Shown piece after piece: positions 19,802 through 29,143 of a stretch of DNA of 64,000 bases. Within the stretch, counting starts at the first letter, position 1, and each line of letters starts with the position of its first letter. The notes below the pieces were generated by a model. It did not search any database and was not told the origin of the DNA. It saw only the letters and a list, made by a program, of their open reading frames with translations. The translations under genes were made by a program, and so were the position numbers. The stretch is from Polyangiales bacterium (lineage in GTDB: Bacteria > Myxococcota_A > Polyangia > Polyangiales > Polyangiaceae): NCBI GenBank assembly GCA_038231275.1, contig JBBRLQ010000004.1, positions 335,960 to 399,959 of the forward strand, given 5' to 3'.

Positions 19802-21073
19802 TCAGGTCTTTCCGCCGACGCTGCCGCTCGCCGAGGCCTTCACCTCGACCGACACGCTGACATTGGCCTTCAAGCTGCCCGCCGCCTTCATGACGCCGGC
19901 GAACGGCTCGGCGACACACGCCGTGAGCTGCGCGCCGCTGACCGCGTTGGCGCTCGCCGCGCTCTTCACGCTGGCCTCGAGGCCCTGGACGATGCCCGAC
20001 ACGTTGCCGCTCATCTTGACGCTGGCTTCGCCGAGGCCGATCGCGATCTTGAGCACGAGCGGGAGGTTCTTCTCGAGCGCCACCTTGTACGACTCGGCGA
20101 CCTTGGCGTCCGCCGCGCCGTCGACGCGAATGGCGACCTTGGCGGGCGAGCACTCGGCGTGCGACTGAACCTGCGCGCTGCACTTGGCCTTGCACTCGCC
20201 GCTCATCTCCGGCGGCTTGACCTCGCCGCGGCACTTCGGCTCCTTCATCTCGACCGAGCACTTGCCGGTGCAGGTCCCCTCGCACTTGGCGGTCGCTTGC
20301 ATCTTGCACGAGCCGCCGCATTTTCCGCCGCACGTGGCCTCGACGTTGCCGTCGCACTTGCCGTCGCAGGTGCCGGCGCACGCGCCTTTGCCGTCTTTGC
20401 CGTCGCACTTGCCGTTGCACGTGCCGTTGCACTTGCCTTTGATGGCGACGTCGCACGAGCCGTGACACGTGCCCTCGCACTTGGCGGCGGCGCTCATGTC
20501 GCAGGTGCCTTCGCAGTTGCCGCTGCAGGAGCCGGCCAGGTGGCCGGGCTCGCACTCGACCTTCGCAGTGCCGGGCTTCACGTTCACGTCGCACTTGCCG
20601 GCGCAGTCGGCCATGACGCTCATCTGCGCTTCGCAGTGCGGCGGCACGATGTCGATCGCGATCTGCGCCTTCGCGCCGAGCTTCCCCTTCGCGTCGCCAA
20701 TCGCCTTCACGGCGAGCTTGCACGCCTCGTCGCCGCTCTTCGGCTCGCCGGCGGCGCCGAGATCCTTGGCGATGCCGCCGCACGCGGTCTTCAGATCCGC
20801 GTCGACCTTCGCGGCGAACTGCTCGAGCTCGAGCGACGCGACGAGGCCCGCCTTGATCTTGCCGCCAACTTCGGGGGCGAGCTTGAAGTTCGAGACGAAG
20901 TCGAACGACGCGACCTCCTCGATGTTCGCCATGTTCGGGCACTTGCCGGTGAGGCCCTCCGCACCCGGCACGTTCGCGAGGCCGGGGACACCGCCCGCGC
21001 CGCCGCAGTTCGTCAGCACCGGCCCCAGGGCCCCCAGACCGATCAACGAGATGAATCGCCACGCGTTTGTCAT
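19802..21073 (-). CDS. Cys-rich lipoprotein with tandem CxGxCxGxC repeats
   Basis: Lipobox VLTNC; six CxGxCxGxC units flanked by helical regions; AAGGAG RBS. Confidence 0.8.
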   Translation of the reverse strand: MTNAWRFISLIGLGALGPVLTNCGGAGGVPGLANVPGAEGLTGKCPNMANIEEVASFDFVSNFKLAPEVGGKIKAGLVASLELEQFAAKVDADLKTACGGIAKDLGAAGEPKSGDEACKLAVKAIGDAKGKLGAKAQIAIDIVPPHCEAQMSVMADCAGKCDVNVKPGTAKVECEPGHLAGSCSGNCEGTCDMSAAAKCEGTCHGSCDVAIKGKCNGTCNGKCDGKDGKGACAGTCDGKCDGNVEATCGGKCGGSCKMQATAKCEGTCTGKCSVEMKEPKCRGEVKPPEMSGECKAKCSAQVQSHAECSPAKVAIRVDGAADAKVAESYKVALEKNLPLVLKIAIGLGEASVKMSGNVSGIVQGLEASVKSAASANAVSGAQLTACVAEPFAGVMKAAGSLKANVSVSVEVKASASGSVGGKT

Positions 21074-21133
21074 GAGCAGCTCCTTCGCCACGACGGGTAT
21101 CACGACCCGCGTGTCGTGTGCTATCGACACTTG

Positions 21134-21766
21134 GTGAGGATCGCGGTCTGCGACGTCGGGCTCGGCAACCTGCGCAGCGTCGAGCGGGCGCTTTCGCGGG
21201 CGGCGAGCGACGCGGGCGTGTCGGCGACGATCACGCGGACGACCGATCCCGAAGCGCTCCAGGCGGCCGACAAGATCGTGGTGCCGGGACAGGGCGCATT
21301 TCGGGACTGCGCGGTCGCAATGGGCCGCGGGATGGGTGACGCCGTGAAGGAGGCGATCCGCGCAGGCACGCCGTACCTCGGCATCTGCCTGGGTCTCCAG
21401 GTTCTCTTCGAAGCGAGCGCCGAGGCCGACGGGTGCGAAGGACTCGGCGTCCTCAAGGGAAAAGTCGAGCGGCTGACCGGCGGAGTCGACGCCTTCACCG
21501 GCGCCGCGCTGAAGATCCCTCACATGGGATGGAATCGCGTGGACCCGTACGGCGCGTCGCTCTTGCCGCCGGACGCGGCGTCGTTCTACTTCGTCCACAG
21601 CTACGCGGTGGTACCCGCCGATCCGAGCGTCGTCGTCGCGATGACGGACTATGGCGGCCCGTTCGTCAGCGCCGTCGCGAAGGACAACGTCTTCGCCTGC
21701 CAGTTCCACCCCGAGAAGAGCCAGGCGGTAGGCCTCGCGCTCCTCACGCGCTTCGTCCGCGCGTGA
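21134..21766 (+). CDS. hisH: Imidazole glycerol phosphate synthase, glutaminase subunit
   Basis: GNLRSV, PGQGAF, GICLG, PHMGWN, YFVHSY, QFHPEKS. Confidence 0.96.
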   Translation: MRIAVCDVGLGNLRSVERALSRAASDAGVSATITRTTDPEALQAADKIVVPGQGAFRDCAVAMGRGMGDAVKEAIRAGTPYLGICLGLQVLFEASAEADGCEGLGVLKGKVERLTGGVDAFTGAALKIPHMGWNRVDPYGASLLPPDAASFYFVHSYAVVPADPSVVVAMTDYGGPFVSAVAKDNVFACQFHPEKSQAVGLALLTRFVRA

Positions 21767-21800
21767 GCGATCTTCGGCCGCTCAAGGCGTGACCCGAAAT

Positions 21801-22817
21801 TCAGAAGCTGTAGACCTTGCCCATCCACTCGAGGGCCTGGACGAGGCCCTTCATCGGCAGCTCGTCGGCGTTCAGCATGATGAGGTAGCCGGCCTTGCCG
21901 CCTCGGGCAGCGCCGCGCGGATCGTAGAGGAGCCAGTCGTTCGGCTGACCGAGGTTCGCGATCGGGAAGCAGTCGTCGAGGCCGGTGGCACCGTACGCCA
22001 CGCCGTCCGCGATGAAGCGGTGCGCGCTGCCCATCACCTTGCCGCCCGCCCAGTCGGCGGTGCCGAGGATGACGTTGTCGTAGAGCGTGATGCCGTCGTG
22101 CATCGTGAGCAGGGCGCGGTAGTCGTTCGGGAAGCTGACCTTTGCCTTCTTCTCCGCAGCAGCGATGCGCGAGAGCGCCGCCGGCTTTCCGTACTTGACC
22201 GCGTGGCCGCGCTTCTCGAACGGACGCGCGGCGACGGCGAGCGCCTTCTTCACCGACGCGACGTGCGGCTTGACGGCGACCTTGATCGGCTTCGGCGCGA
22301 AGGCGGCGAGGAGCTTCTTCACATTGGGCTTGTCGGCGGCGCGACGGAGATCGTCGTCCCCCTGAATCTGCTTGGGCGACACGCCCGCGCGGAGCGCGCG
22401 ATCCATCGCGGTGAGCATGCCCTTCTCGTCGCCGACGAGCGCCGCCGCGCACGCCAGGTTGAAGACGAGCTGCGCCTCCACCTTTCCCTTGGGGATGTGC
22501 GCGCCGAGCGCCGCGTAGCGCGCGGCATCCTTGCCGATCGCCGCGAGCGCGTTGCGCAGCAGCTCCTCGGCGTGGAACCCGCGCTGCGGGAGGCCCGACC
22601 ATCGCGCGAGGACCAGATCGACGATCTCCCGCACTTCGCGCCCGCCCCGGGCCTGCGTGCCGAAGCGCGCGAGAAGCAGCGTCGCGCAGGAGAGGAACGC
22701 CTCGGCGTCTTCTTTGCCGATGCGACCCGTCAGGCCGTTCGCCATCTTCGTGAAGCCGCCGACGGGCCGCGCGCTCTGGAGGATGTCGAGGACCTGGTCC
22801 CGCTTCGTAGTGCTCAT
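21801..22817 (-). CDS. SMI1/KNR4 (SUKH) immunity-type protein with a TPR-like N-terminal region
   Basis: PAALSRIAAAEKKAKVSFPNDYRALLTMHDG SUKH signature; FNLAC...DDDL TPR-end motif. Confidence 0.75.
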   Translation of the reverse strand: MSTTKRDQVLDILQSARPVGGFTKMANGLTGRIGKEDAEAFLSCATLLLARFGTQARGGREVREIVDLVLARWSGLPQRGFHAEELLRNALAAIGKDAARYAALGAHIPKGKVEAQLVFNLACAAALVGDEKGMLTAMDRALRAGVSPKQIQGDDDLRRAADKPNVKKLLAAFAPKPIKVAVKPHVASVKKALAVAARPFEKRGHAVKYGKPAALSRIAAAEKKAKVSFPNDYRALLTMHDGITLYDNVILGTADWAGGKVMGSAHRFIADGVAYGATGLDDCFPIANLGQPNDWLLYDPRGAARGGKAGYLIMLNADELPMKGLVQALEWMGKVYSF

Positions 22818-22845
22818 GGTCGAGGGTTGCTTGTACCATGTCCGC

Positions 22846-23565
22846 GTGCTCGTCCTGCCTGCGATCGATCTGCTCGGCGGAAAAGCCGTGCGCCTCCACC
22901 AGGGCGACTACGGCGCGGTCACGGTCTACGACGATGATCCGCCCGCCCGCGCGCGCGGGTGGCGGGGGAAGGTGCCGCGCCTCCACGTGGTGGACCTCGA
23001 AGGAGCCAAGGCGGGACGCGCCGTTCAGGCGGACGCCGTCCGCGCGATCGTGGCTGCGTTCGGACCCGGCGTGCAGATCGGCGGCGGCGTGCGGACGCGC
23101 GAGGCCTTCGAGAGCTACCTGGCGCTGGGCGTCGACAGGATCGTGCTGGGGAGCGCCGCGCTCGAGGACCCTGCCCTCGTGCGCGCGCTGGCCCGTGAGC
23201 ACCCGGGCCGCGTGATCCTGGCGGTGGACGCCAAGGACGGAATGGTGGCTACAGACGGCTGGACCGCCGTGAGCGCCACCACCGCGAGCGATCTCGCGTG
23301 CGCGTTCGCGGACGTGCCGCTCGCGGAGCTCCTCTACACCGACGTCGCGCGGGACGGGACGCTGGTGGGCCCCAACGTCGAGATGACCGCACGCCTCGCG
23401 CGCGAGGGGACGGTTCCGGTGCTCGCGTCGGGCGGGGTCGGGACGCTCGCGCACCTCCGGGCCCTCGCCGCGCACGCAGGGATCTCCGGCGCCATCGTCG
23501 GGCGCGCGATCTACGAAGGCAGCATCACCCTCGAAGACGCCGTCGCCGCCGCCGTCACTCCTTGA
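22846..23565 (+). CDS. hisA: ProFAR isomerase
   Basis: PAIDLLGGKAVRLHQGDY, LHVVDL, GGGVR, TDVARDG, ASGG. Confidence 0.96.
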   Translation: MLVLPAIDLLGGKAVRLHQGDYGAVTVYDDDPPARARGWRGKVPRLHVVDLEGAKAGRAVQADAVRAIVAAFGPGVQIGGGVRTREAFESYLALGVDRIVLGSAALEDPALVRALAREHPGRVILAVDAKDGMVATDGWTAVSATTASDLACAFADVPLAELLYTDVARDGTLVGPNVEMTARLAREGTVPVLASGGVGTLAHLRALAAHAGISGAIVGRAIYEGSITLEDAVAAAVTP

Positions 23566-24190
23566 CGGGTTCTTTCGTGTCCTTGACGAGGGACAGCTTG
23601 GCGACGAGCTCTGTGGCGGCGTCTTTTCCGAGGACCTCTTTTGCGACGATGTCCTTCGCGACGACCTCTTTGACGATGTCCTTCGCCACGTCCTTCACCG
23701 GCCAGCGGAACGCTTCGGCCGCCGGAGCGATGAGCTCCCACTCCGCGTGGGCCTTCATCGCGTCTTGCACGTTCATGCCCTTCGCGATCGCCCCGTTCAC
23801 CTTCTCCTTCGCGGCGGCGGTGAGGCGCTTAGGCTGCGGCTCCCCTTCGACGCGGCGAATGACCTCCTTGGAGAGCCACCCGCAAAATTCCTTCAGGATC
23901 GCGTCGTCCTTCGCCGCGACGTACCAGTCGTACTGCGGGCGCGCGCGGAAGTTCTCGAGGTTGAATTTGCGGTTCGCCTCGTCCTGGCGGTCGTGGACGA
24001 AGACGAGGAGGCCCGCCGGCTTCTTCTTCGCGAACCAGCCGGTCGTGATCGAGCCGGCGTCGTCCTCGTCGGTGTCCCCCTCGTCGCTGAAGATCGCGCG
24101 GAGGATGCGGTACGGCGCGCGCAGCCGGCCTTTGGCGGTGAGGCCCACGGCGGTGCTGCTGCGATCGATGCGCCACTCGGAGACGGCCAT
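23555..24190 (-). CDS. Hypothetical protein with C-terminal VAK(D/E) repeats
   Basis: Starts 2 nt after the gpx stop; GC3-biased codons; KDVAKDIVKEVVAKDIVAKEV tail. Confidence 0.65.
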   Translation of the reverse strand: MAVSEWRIDRSSTAVGLTAKGRLRAPYRILRAIFSDEGDTDEDDAGSITTGWFAKKKPAGLLVFVHDRQDEANRKFNLENFRARPQYDWYVAAKDDAILKEFCGWLSKEVIRRVEGEPQPKRLTAAAKEKVNGAIAKGMNVQDAMKAHAEWELIAPAAEAFRWPVKDVAKDIVKEVVAKDIVAKEVLGKDAATELVAKLSLVKDTKEPVKE

Positions 24191-24192
24191 GA

Positions 24193-24687
24193 CTAACCCG
24201 CGAGCGCCTTCTCGACGGCGGCCTTCACCTCGGCGCTCGTCGGCTCGATCTTGTGCTCGAAGCGGGCGACGACCTGGCCATCCTTGCCCACCAGGAACTT
24301 CCCGAAGTTCCACTTGATGGCACCGCCGAACTTTGGATTCGTGTCGGTGCTCTGGAGAAAATCGAAGAGCGGCTCCATCCCCTCCCCCTTCACGCGCACC
24401 TTGGCGAACATGTCGAAGGTGACGCCGTAGTTCTTGGTGCAGAAGGCCTTGATGTCCGCCTCGGTGCCCGGCTCTTGTGCGCCGAAGTCGTTGGCCGGAA
24501 ATCCGAGCACGCGGAGGCCCTTGCCCTTGTACGCCTCGGACAGCGCCTCGAGCCCCGCATACTGCGGCGTGTATCCGCACTCCGACGCGACGTTCACGAC
24601 GAGCATCACCTGGCCCTTGTAGTCGGCCAGGCTCTTCGATTGACCGTCGATGGTGCGAACGGTGAAGTCGTGGAGGGTCTTACCCAT
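24193..24687 (-). CDS. Glutathione peroxidase family (Cys-type, likely thioredoxin-dependent)
   Basis: NVASECGYTPQY, GFPANDFGAQEPG, WNFGKFL. Confidence 0.95.
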   Translation of the reverse strand: MGKTLHDFTVRTIDGQSKSLADYKGQVMLVVNVASECGYTPQYAGLEALSEAYKGKGLRVLGFPANDFGAQEPGTEADIKAFCTKNYGVTFDMFAKVRVKGEGMEPLFDFLQSTDTNPKFGGAIKWNFGKFLVGKDGQVVARFEHKIEPTSAEVKAAVEKALAG

Positions 24688-24703
24688 ATCCCGCTGGCGT
24701 ATC

Positions 24704-25729
24704 CTAAACGCCGACCGGGTGCCAGACGGTCTTCGTTTCGAGGAAGCGCTCGATCCAGCCGAGACCCTGACCCGAGCGCTCGTCGAGCCAACCGGCGGTC
24801 TTGAGAGGAGCGTGGGTCTTGACGCGCTTGACGTTGTCGGCGCCCTCCTTCTCGAGCGTCGCGCGCAGGTCGGCGTCGTCGGTCCACGCGTCGACGGCGA
24901 TGACCTCGCGGTGCTTGGCGAGCGCCGGGGCGAGCTCCTTCGCGTGACCGAGGAGGACGTTGGCGACGCCGCCCGGCAGATCGCTGGTCGCCAAGCACTC
25001 GCAGAAGACGACGGCGGTGCGCGGATCGGCGTCGCTGGCGACCACGACCGCGGTGTTGGCGCCGGTGAGGACCGGCAAGAGCGTCGAGACCAGGCCGAGC
25101 AACGCGGGCCGCTCGGGCGCGAGGACCGCGACGACGCCCATCGGCTCGGGGATGGAGAAGCCGAAGTGCGGCCCGGCGACCGGGTTATGCGACGCGACGA
25201 GCGCGTGCACCTTGTCGCAGAATCCGGCGTAGTAGACGACGCGATCGATCGCGCGAAGGACCTCCTCGGTGGCGGCCGCGTCGCTCTCGCCGCTCCGCAC
25301 GAGCGAGAGGCGGAGCTCCTCTTTGCGTGACTCCATCACCTCGGCGAGCCGGTAGAGGATCTGCCCGCGATTGAACGCCGTTCGCGACGCCCAACCGGCG
25401 TGCGCGTTCTTCGCGGCGAGCACCGCGTCGCGCGCGTCTTTGCGCGAGCCGCGCGGGACGTTGACCGTGTCGGGATCGACGCCGACGCCACCTTCGCCGC
25501 CCTTCACCTGGAAGTACCTCCCCGATTCGCTGCGCACGAACGCGCCGCCGACGTACATCTTGTACGCCTTGTTGACGGTGACGCGCCCTTGCTCGGCGCC
25601 GCGCCCGAGGACACGCGCGAGCGCGCCGTTGTCGGAGTAGGTGTCGCTGACGAGATCCTCGTGCGCGCGCGTCTCGACGGTCTGCGTTGCCGCAGGCGCC
25701 GGCGGCGGAGCGTGCTTCTTCGATGCCAT
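24704..25729 (-). CDS. Aldehyde dehydrogenase-like subunit lacking the catalytic domain
   Basis: ALDH NAD-binding and oligomerisation regions present (RGQILYRLAE, EPMGVV, LPGGVANV, ETKTVW); no ELGGK or catalytic Cys. Confidence 0.8.
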   Translation of the reverse strand: MASKKHAPPPAPAATQTVETRAHEDLVSDTYSDNGALARVLGRGAEQGRVTVNKAYKMYVGGAFVRSESGRYFQVKGGEGGVGVDPDTVNVPRGSRKDARDAVLAAKNAHAGWASRTAFNRGQILYRLAEVMESRKEELRLSLVRSGESDAAATEEVLRAIDRVVYYAGFCDKVHALVASHNPVAGPHFGFSIPEPMGVVAVLAPERPALLGLVSTLLPVLTGANTAVVVASDADPRTAVVFCECLATSDLPGGVANVLLGHAKELAPALAKHREVIAVDAWTDDADLRATLEKEGADNVKRVKTHAPLKTAGWLDERSGQGLGWIERFLETKTVWHPVGV

Positions 25730-25732
25730 GGC

Positions 25733-27250
25733 TTACTCCAGCTCCACGTATGCGGAGAGGCCCTGGCGGCCGCCCTCGCGACCGAAGCCGCTCTCCTTGT
25801 ACCCGCCGAACGGCGAGCTCGGATCGAACTTGTTGTACGTGTTGCCCCAGACGACGCCGGCTTGAAGGCGCGTCGCCATCCAGAAGATCTTGGCGCCTTT
25901 GTCGGTCCAGATGCCGGCGGAGAGGCCGTACATCGTGTTGTTCGCCTTCTCGATCGCCTCGTCGGGCGTGCGGAACGTGAGCACCGTGAGGACCGGGCCG
26001 AAGATCTCCTCGCGCGCGATGCGTGACGACTGGCTGACGCCGGTGAAGAACGTGGGCGGGAACCAGTAGCCCTTCTGCGGGATCGCGCAGGGCGCGCTGT
26101 AGCGCTGCGCGCCCTCGTGCTCGCCCGCTTCGACGAGCTGCTTGATTTTGTCGAGCTGCATCTTCGAGTTGATGGCGCCGACGTCGGTGTTCTTGTCGAG
26201 CGGGTCGCCGAGGCGGAGGGTCTGGAGGCGGTCGCGGAGCTTCTTCACGACGATGTCGTGAACGCTCTCTTCGACGAGGAGGCGCGAGCCCGCGCAGCAG
26301 ACGTGTCCTTGGTTGAAGTAGATGCCGTTGACGATCCCCTCGATCGCCTGATCGAGCGGCGCGTCGGCGAAGACGATGTTCGCGGCCTTTCCGCCGAGCT
26401 CCAACGTGAGGCGCTTGTTCGATCCGGCGAGCGCGCGTTGGATGCGTTTGCCGACGCCGGTGCTGCCCGTGAAGGCGACCTTGTTCACGTCCGGGTGGCC
26501 CGCGACGGCGGCGCCGGTCTCGCCCGCGCCGGTGACGATGTTGACGACGCCGGCCGGCAGCTCCGCTTCTTCGAAGATCTGCGCGAGGAGGAGCGCAGTG
26601 AGCGGCGTCGTCTCCGCGGGCTTCAGCACCACCGTGTTGCCGCAGGCGAGCGCCGGCGCGATCTTCCACGCCGCCATGAGCAGCGGGAAGTTCCAAGGGA
26701 TGATCTGACCTGCGACGCCGAGCGCGCGATGGCGGCGCCCGTGGAACGCGTAGTCGAGCTTGTCGGCCCAGCCAGCGTGGTAGAAAAAGTGCGCAGCCGC
26801 GAGCGGCACGTCGACGTCGCGTGATTCCTTGATCGGCTTTCCGCCGTCCATCGACTCGACGATCGCGAGCTCGCGCGCCTTCTCCTGAATCGCGCGCGAA
26901 ATGCGGAAGATGTACTTCGCCCGCTCGGCGGGCTTCATCTTGCTCCAGACCTTGTCGTAGGCCTGGCGTGCGGCCCTGACGGCCAAGTCAACGTCGGCGG
27001 CGTTGCCCTCGGCGACCTCGGAGAGCACTTGCTCGGTCGACGGGCTGATCGTCTGGAAGTACTTGCCACTCTTCGGCGCGCGCCATTTGCCACCGATGAA
27101 GAGCTCGTAGCGCGGCTGAATCTTGACGTGATCGGTGGCCTCGGGCGCCGGCGCGTAGTCCCACGCGTGACCGAAATCGAGCGCAGGCGAGGTGTCCTTC
27201 GCGGCCGCGCTCGTCATCGACTTGGCAGGCTTGATGATCTCGTTGCTCAT
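25733..27250 (-). CDS. NAD-dependent aldehyde dehydrogenase
   Basis: PWNFP, KPAE, FTGST, ELGGK, FNQGHVC, EEIFGP, FGGYKESG. Confidence 0.96.
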   Translation of the reverse strand: MSNEIIKPAKSMTSAAAKDTSPALDFGHAWDYAPAPEATDHVKIQPRYELFIGGKWRAPKSGKYFQTISPSTEQVLSEVAEGNAADVDLAVRAARQAYDKVWSKMKPAERAKYIFRISRAIQEKARELAIVESMDGGKPIKESRDVDVPLAAAHFFYHAGWADKLDYAFHGRRHRALGVAGQIIPWNFPLLMAAWKIAPALACGNTVVLKPAETTPLTALLLAQIFEEAELPAGVVNIVTGAGETGAAVAGHPDVNKVAFTGSTGVGKRIQRALAGSNKRLTLELGGKAANIVFADAPLDQAIEGIVNGIYFNQGHVCCAGSRLLVEESVHDIVVKKLRDRLQTLRLGDPLDKNTDVGAINSKMQLDKIKQLVEAGEHEGAQRYSAPCAIPQKGYWFPPTFFTGVSQSSRIAREEIFGPVLTVLTFRTPDEAIEKANNTMYGLSAGIWTDKGAKIFWMATRLQAGVVWGNTYNKFDPSSPFGGYKESGFGREGGRQGLSAYVELE

Positions 27251-27268
27251 TCTTGTTCCGCTGCTCCG

Positions 27269-28240
27269 TCAGTCCTTCGAGAAGTCTTCGCCCGCCTGGT
27301 AGTTCCCCGTGCGCTCTTTCTCGAGCTGCATCAGGACGTCGTTCAAGAGCGCGCTCGCGCCGAAGCGGAAGAGATCCGGCGTGAGCCACGCGTCGCCGAG
27401 CGTCTCTTTGACGAGGACCAGGTAGTGGAGCGCCTGCTTCGCCGTGCGGACGCCGCCCGCGGGCTTCATGCCGATCTTGCGGCCGGTCGCGTAGAAGTGA
27501 TCGCGGATCGCCTCGAGCATCACGAGGGTGACGGGAGGCGTCGCGGCGGGCTGAATTTTCCCGGTCGACGTCTTGATGAAGTCGCCGCCGGCCGCGATCG
27601 CGATCTCGCTCGCGCGCCGCACGACGTCGTAGCTCCCGAGCTCGCCGGTCTCGAGGATGACCTTCAGGTGCGCGGCGCCCGACGCCTCCTTCGTGGCGGC
27701 GATCTCGTCGTATACCTTCGCGTAGTCGCCAGCGAGCATCGCGCCGCGATCGATGACCATGTCGATCTCGTCGGCGCCGAGGTCCACGGCGCGGCGCGTG
27801 TCCTCGAGCTTTACGGACAGCGGCGACTGGCCACTGGGGAATGCCGTGGCGACGCTCGCGACCTTCACGCCCGAGCCGGCGAGGGCTTGCTTCGCGGTGG
27901 GCACCAGGTTCGGGTAGACGCAGATCGCGGCGCAAGGGCCGATGCTCGGATCCTTGTCGAGCGGCAGCATCGCCTTGTTGCAGAGGGCGCGCACCTTGCC
28001 GGCGGTGTCTTTGCCCTCGAGCGTCGTCAGATCCATCATGCGGATCGCGAGCCGGAGGCCGGCGACCTTGGTCGCCTTCTTGATGCTGCGCTTCGCCAGG
28101 GAAGCCGCCCGCTCCTCCACCGCGACCTGGTCGACGGGCGGAGGGGGCGAAGTGAAGAGAGGATAAACCGGCGCGCGAGGGCCCCCGTTTCCGGAGGAGC
28201 GCGCGCCGTGGCCGTTGCCATTGCCGAGGATGGAGCTCAC
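27269..28240 (-). CDS. deoC: Deoxyribose-phosphate aldolase (long, DERA-like type)
   Basis: DLTTLEG, AFPSGQ, EIDMVI, LKVILETGEL, FIKTSTGK, KPAGG, RFGAS. Confidence 0.96.
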   Translation of the reverse strand: MSSILGNGNGHGARSSGNGGPRAPVYPLFTSPPPPVDQVAVEERAASLAKRSIKKATKVAGLRLAIRMMDLTTLEGKDTAGKVRALCNKAMLPLDKDPSIGPCAAICVYPNLVPTAKQALAGSGVKVASVATAFPSGQSPLSVKLEDTRRAVDLGADEIDMVIDRGAMLAGDYAKVYDEIAATKEASGAAHLKVILETGELGSYDVVRRASEIAIAAGGDFIKTSTGKIQPAATPPVTLVMLEAIRDHFYATGRKIGMKPAGGVRTAKQALHYLVLVKETLGDAWLTPDLFRFGASALLNDVLMQLEKERTGNYQAGEDFSKD

Positions 28241-28324
28241 GCGGGTGAGCCTACCTCAAACGAAGCCAGAAGAGAGCTGCAAAGAACCGCGAAACGCCTG
28301 GAAAGACCGCGAAAACGCGCGATC

Positions 28325-28561
28325 TCAGGGCGTCTTCGGCGGCGCGGCGTCCATCTTCGCGCGCTTGCGACGGCGACGAGCGGCCTCTGCCTGCTTCTTG
28401 CGGCGCTTCACGCTCGGCTTCATGTAGTGGCGACGCATCTTCAGCTCGCGGAGCACGCCTTCGGAGGCGAGCTTACGCTTGAGCATCTTGATGGCGCGCT
28501 CGATTCCCCGGTCGCTGACGACGACCTCGAGGGGCTTGCACTGAATCGCATCACTCGGCAT
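28325..28561 (-). CDS. rpsU: 30S ribosomal protein bS21
   Basis: IERAIKMLKRKLASEGVLRELKMRRHYMKPSVKRRKK. Confidence 0.92.
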   Translation of the reverse strand: MPSDAIQCKPLEVVVSDRGIERAIKMLKRKLASEGVLRELKMRRHYMKPSVKRRKKQAEAARRRRKRAKMDAAPPKTP

Positions 28562-28702
28562 GGCTTCTCTCTGGTAAGGGAACTTCGCGGTCCCAGCGGG
28601 ATCGGCGAACGCGGGCTCTTAGCACCGCGCTTTTCGGGTGTCCAACCGAAACGTAGCAGAATGGCGCGGGAAAACGGCAGCCTTTCCGCAGGTTCCGCGG
28701 GC

Positions 28703-29143
28703 TCAGCCCTTTGCGCGCTTCGAGTCGCGGGCGAAGTAGGTGGTCGCGCGCTTCTGGCCTTCCTTGACGATGCGCTTCTTGGAGAGGGCCTCGGCGATCG
28801 GGCGCGGAAGCTCCTTGGCCTGGAGCTTGAGCTTGCCGCGGATCTCTTCGGCGCGGAGGCCGGTCTGGTGCTTCTCGAGGAGGCTGACGATCTTGTCGAC
28901 GACGCCCGCGATGTCGTCCGTCGAGCGACGCGCGAGGCGCCCGCCCTTCTTGCCTCCCGCGGCGCGCGGGGCAGCGACGGCAGCGCCGGCCGCACGACCC
29001 CGGCCCCTGCTCGAACTGCCCCCGCCGGTCTCGTGGAGAATCTCTTCGAGCGAATGCCCGCGGATGGCGCGGAGGATGCTCGTCGCAAATTCGGTCGCGA
29101 GGTCGTTCAGGGTGGAGCGGAGAGTGGACGTCATGGGGGACAT
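28703..29143 (-). CDS. Basic histone-like / winged-helix DNA-binding protein (candidate nucleoid-associated protein)
   Basis: Amphipathic N-terminal helix, Gly/Ala/Arg linker, C-terminal wHTH-like LRAEEIRGKL...GQKRATTYF; start at 29143 or 29134. Confidence 0.6.
   Translation of the reverse strand: MSPMTSTLRSTLNDLATEFATSILRAIRGHSLEEILHETGGGSSSRGRGRAAGAAVAAPRAAGGKKGGRLARRSTDDIAGVVDKIVSLLEKHQTGLRAEEIRGKLKLQAKELPRPIAEALSKKRIVKEGQKRATTYFARDSKRAKG

Noticed and set aside
19802-21073. RiPP precursor or biosynthetic cluster
   Set aside because: The protein is long and has a lipobox, and no radical SAM enzyme, peptidase or transporter is adjacent.
24193-24687. Selenocysteine glutathione peroxidase
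   Set aside because: The active-site codon is TGC (Cys); there is no in-frame TGA.
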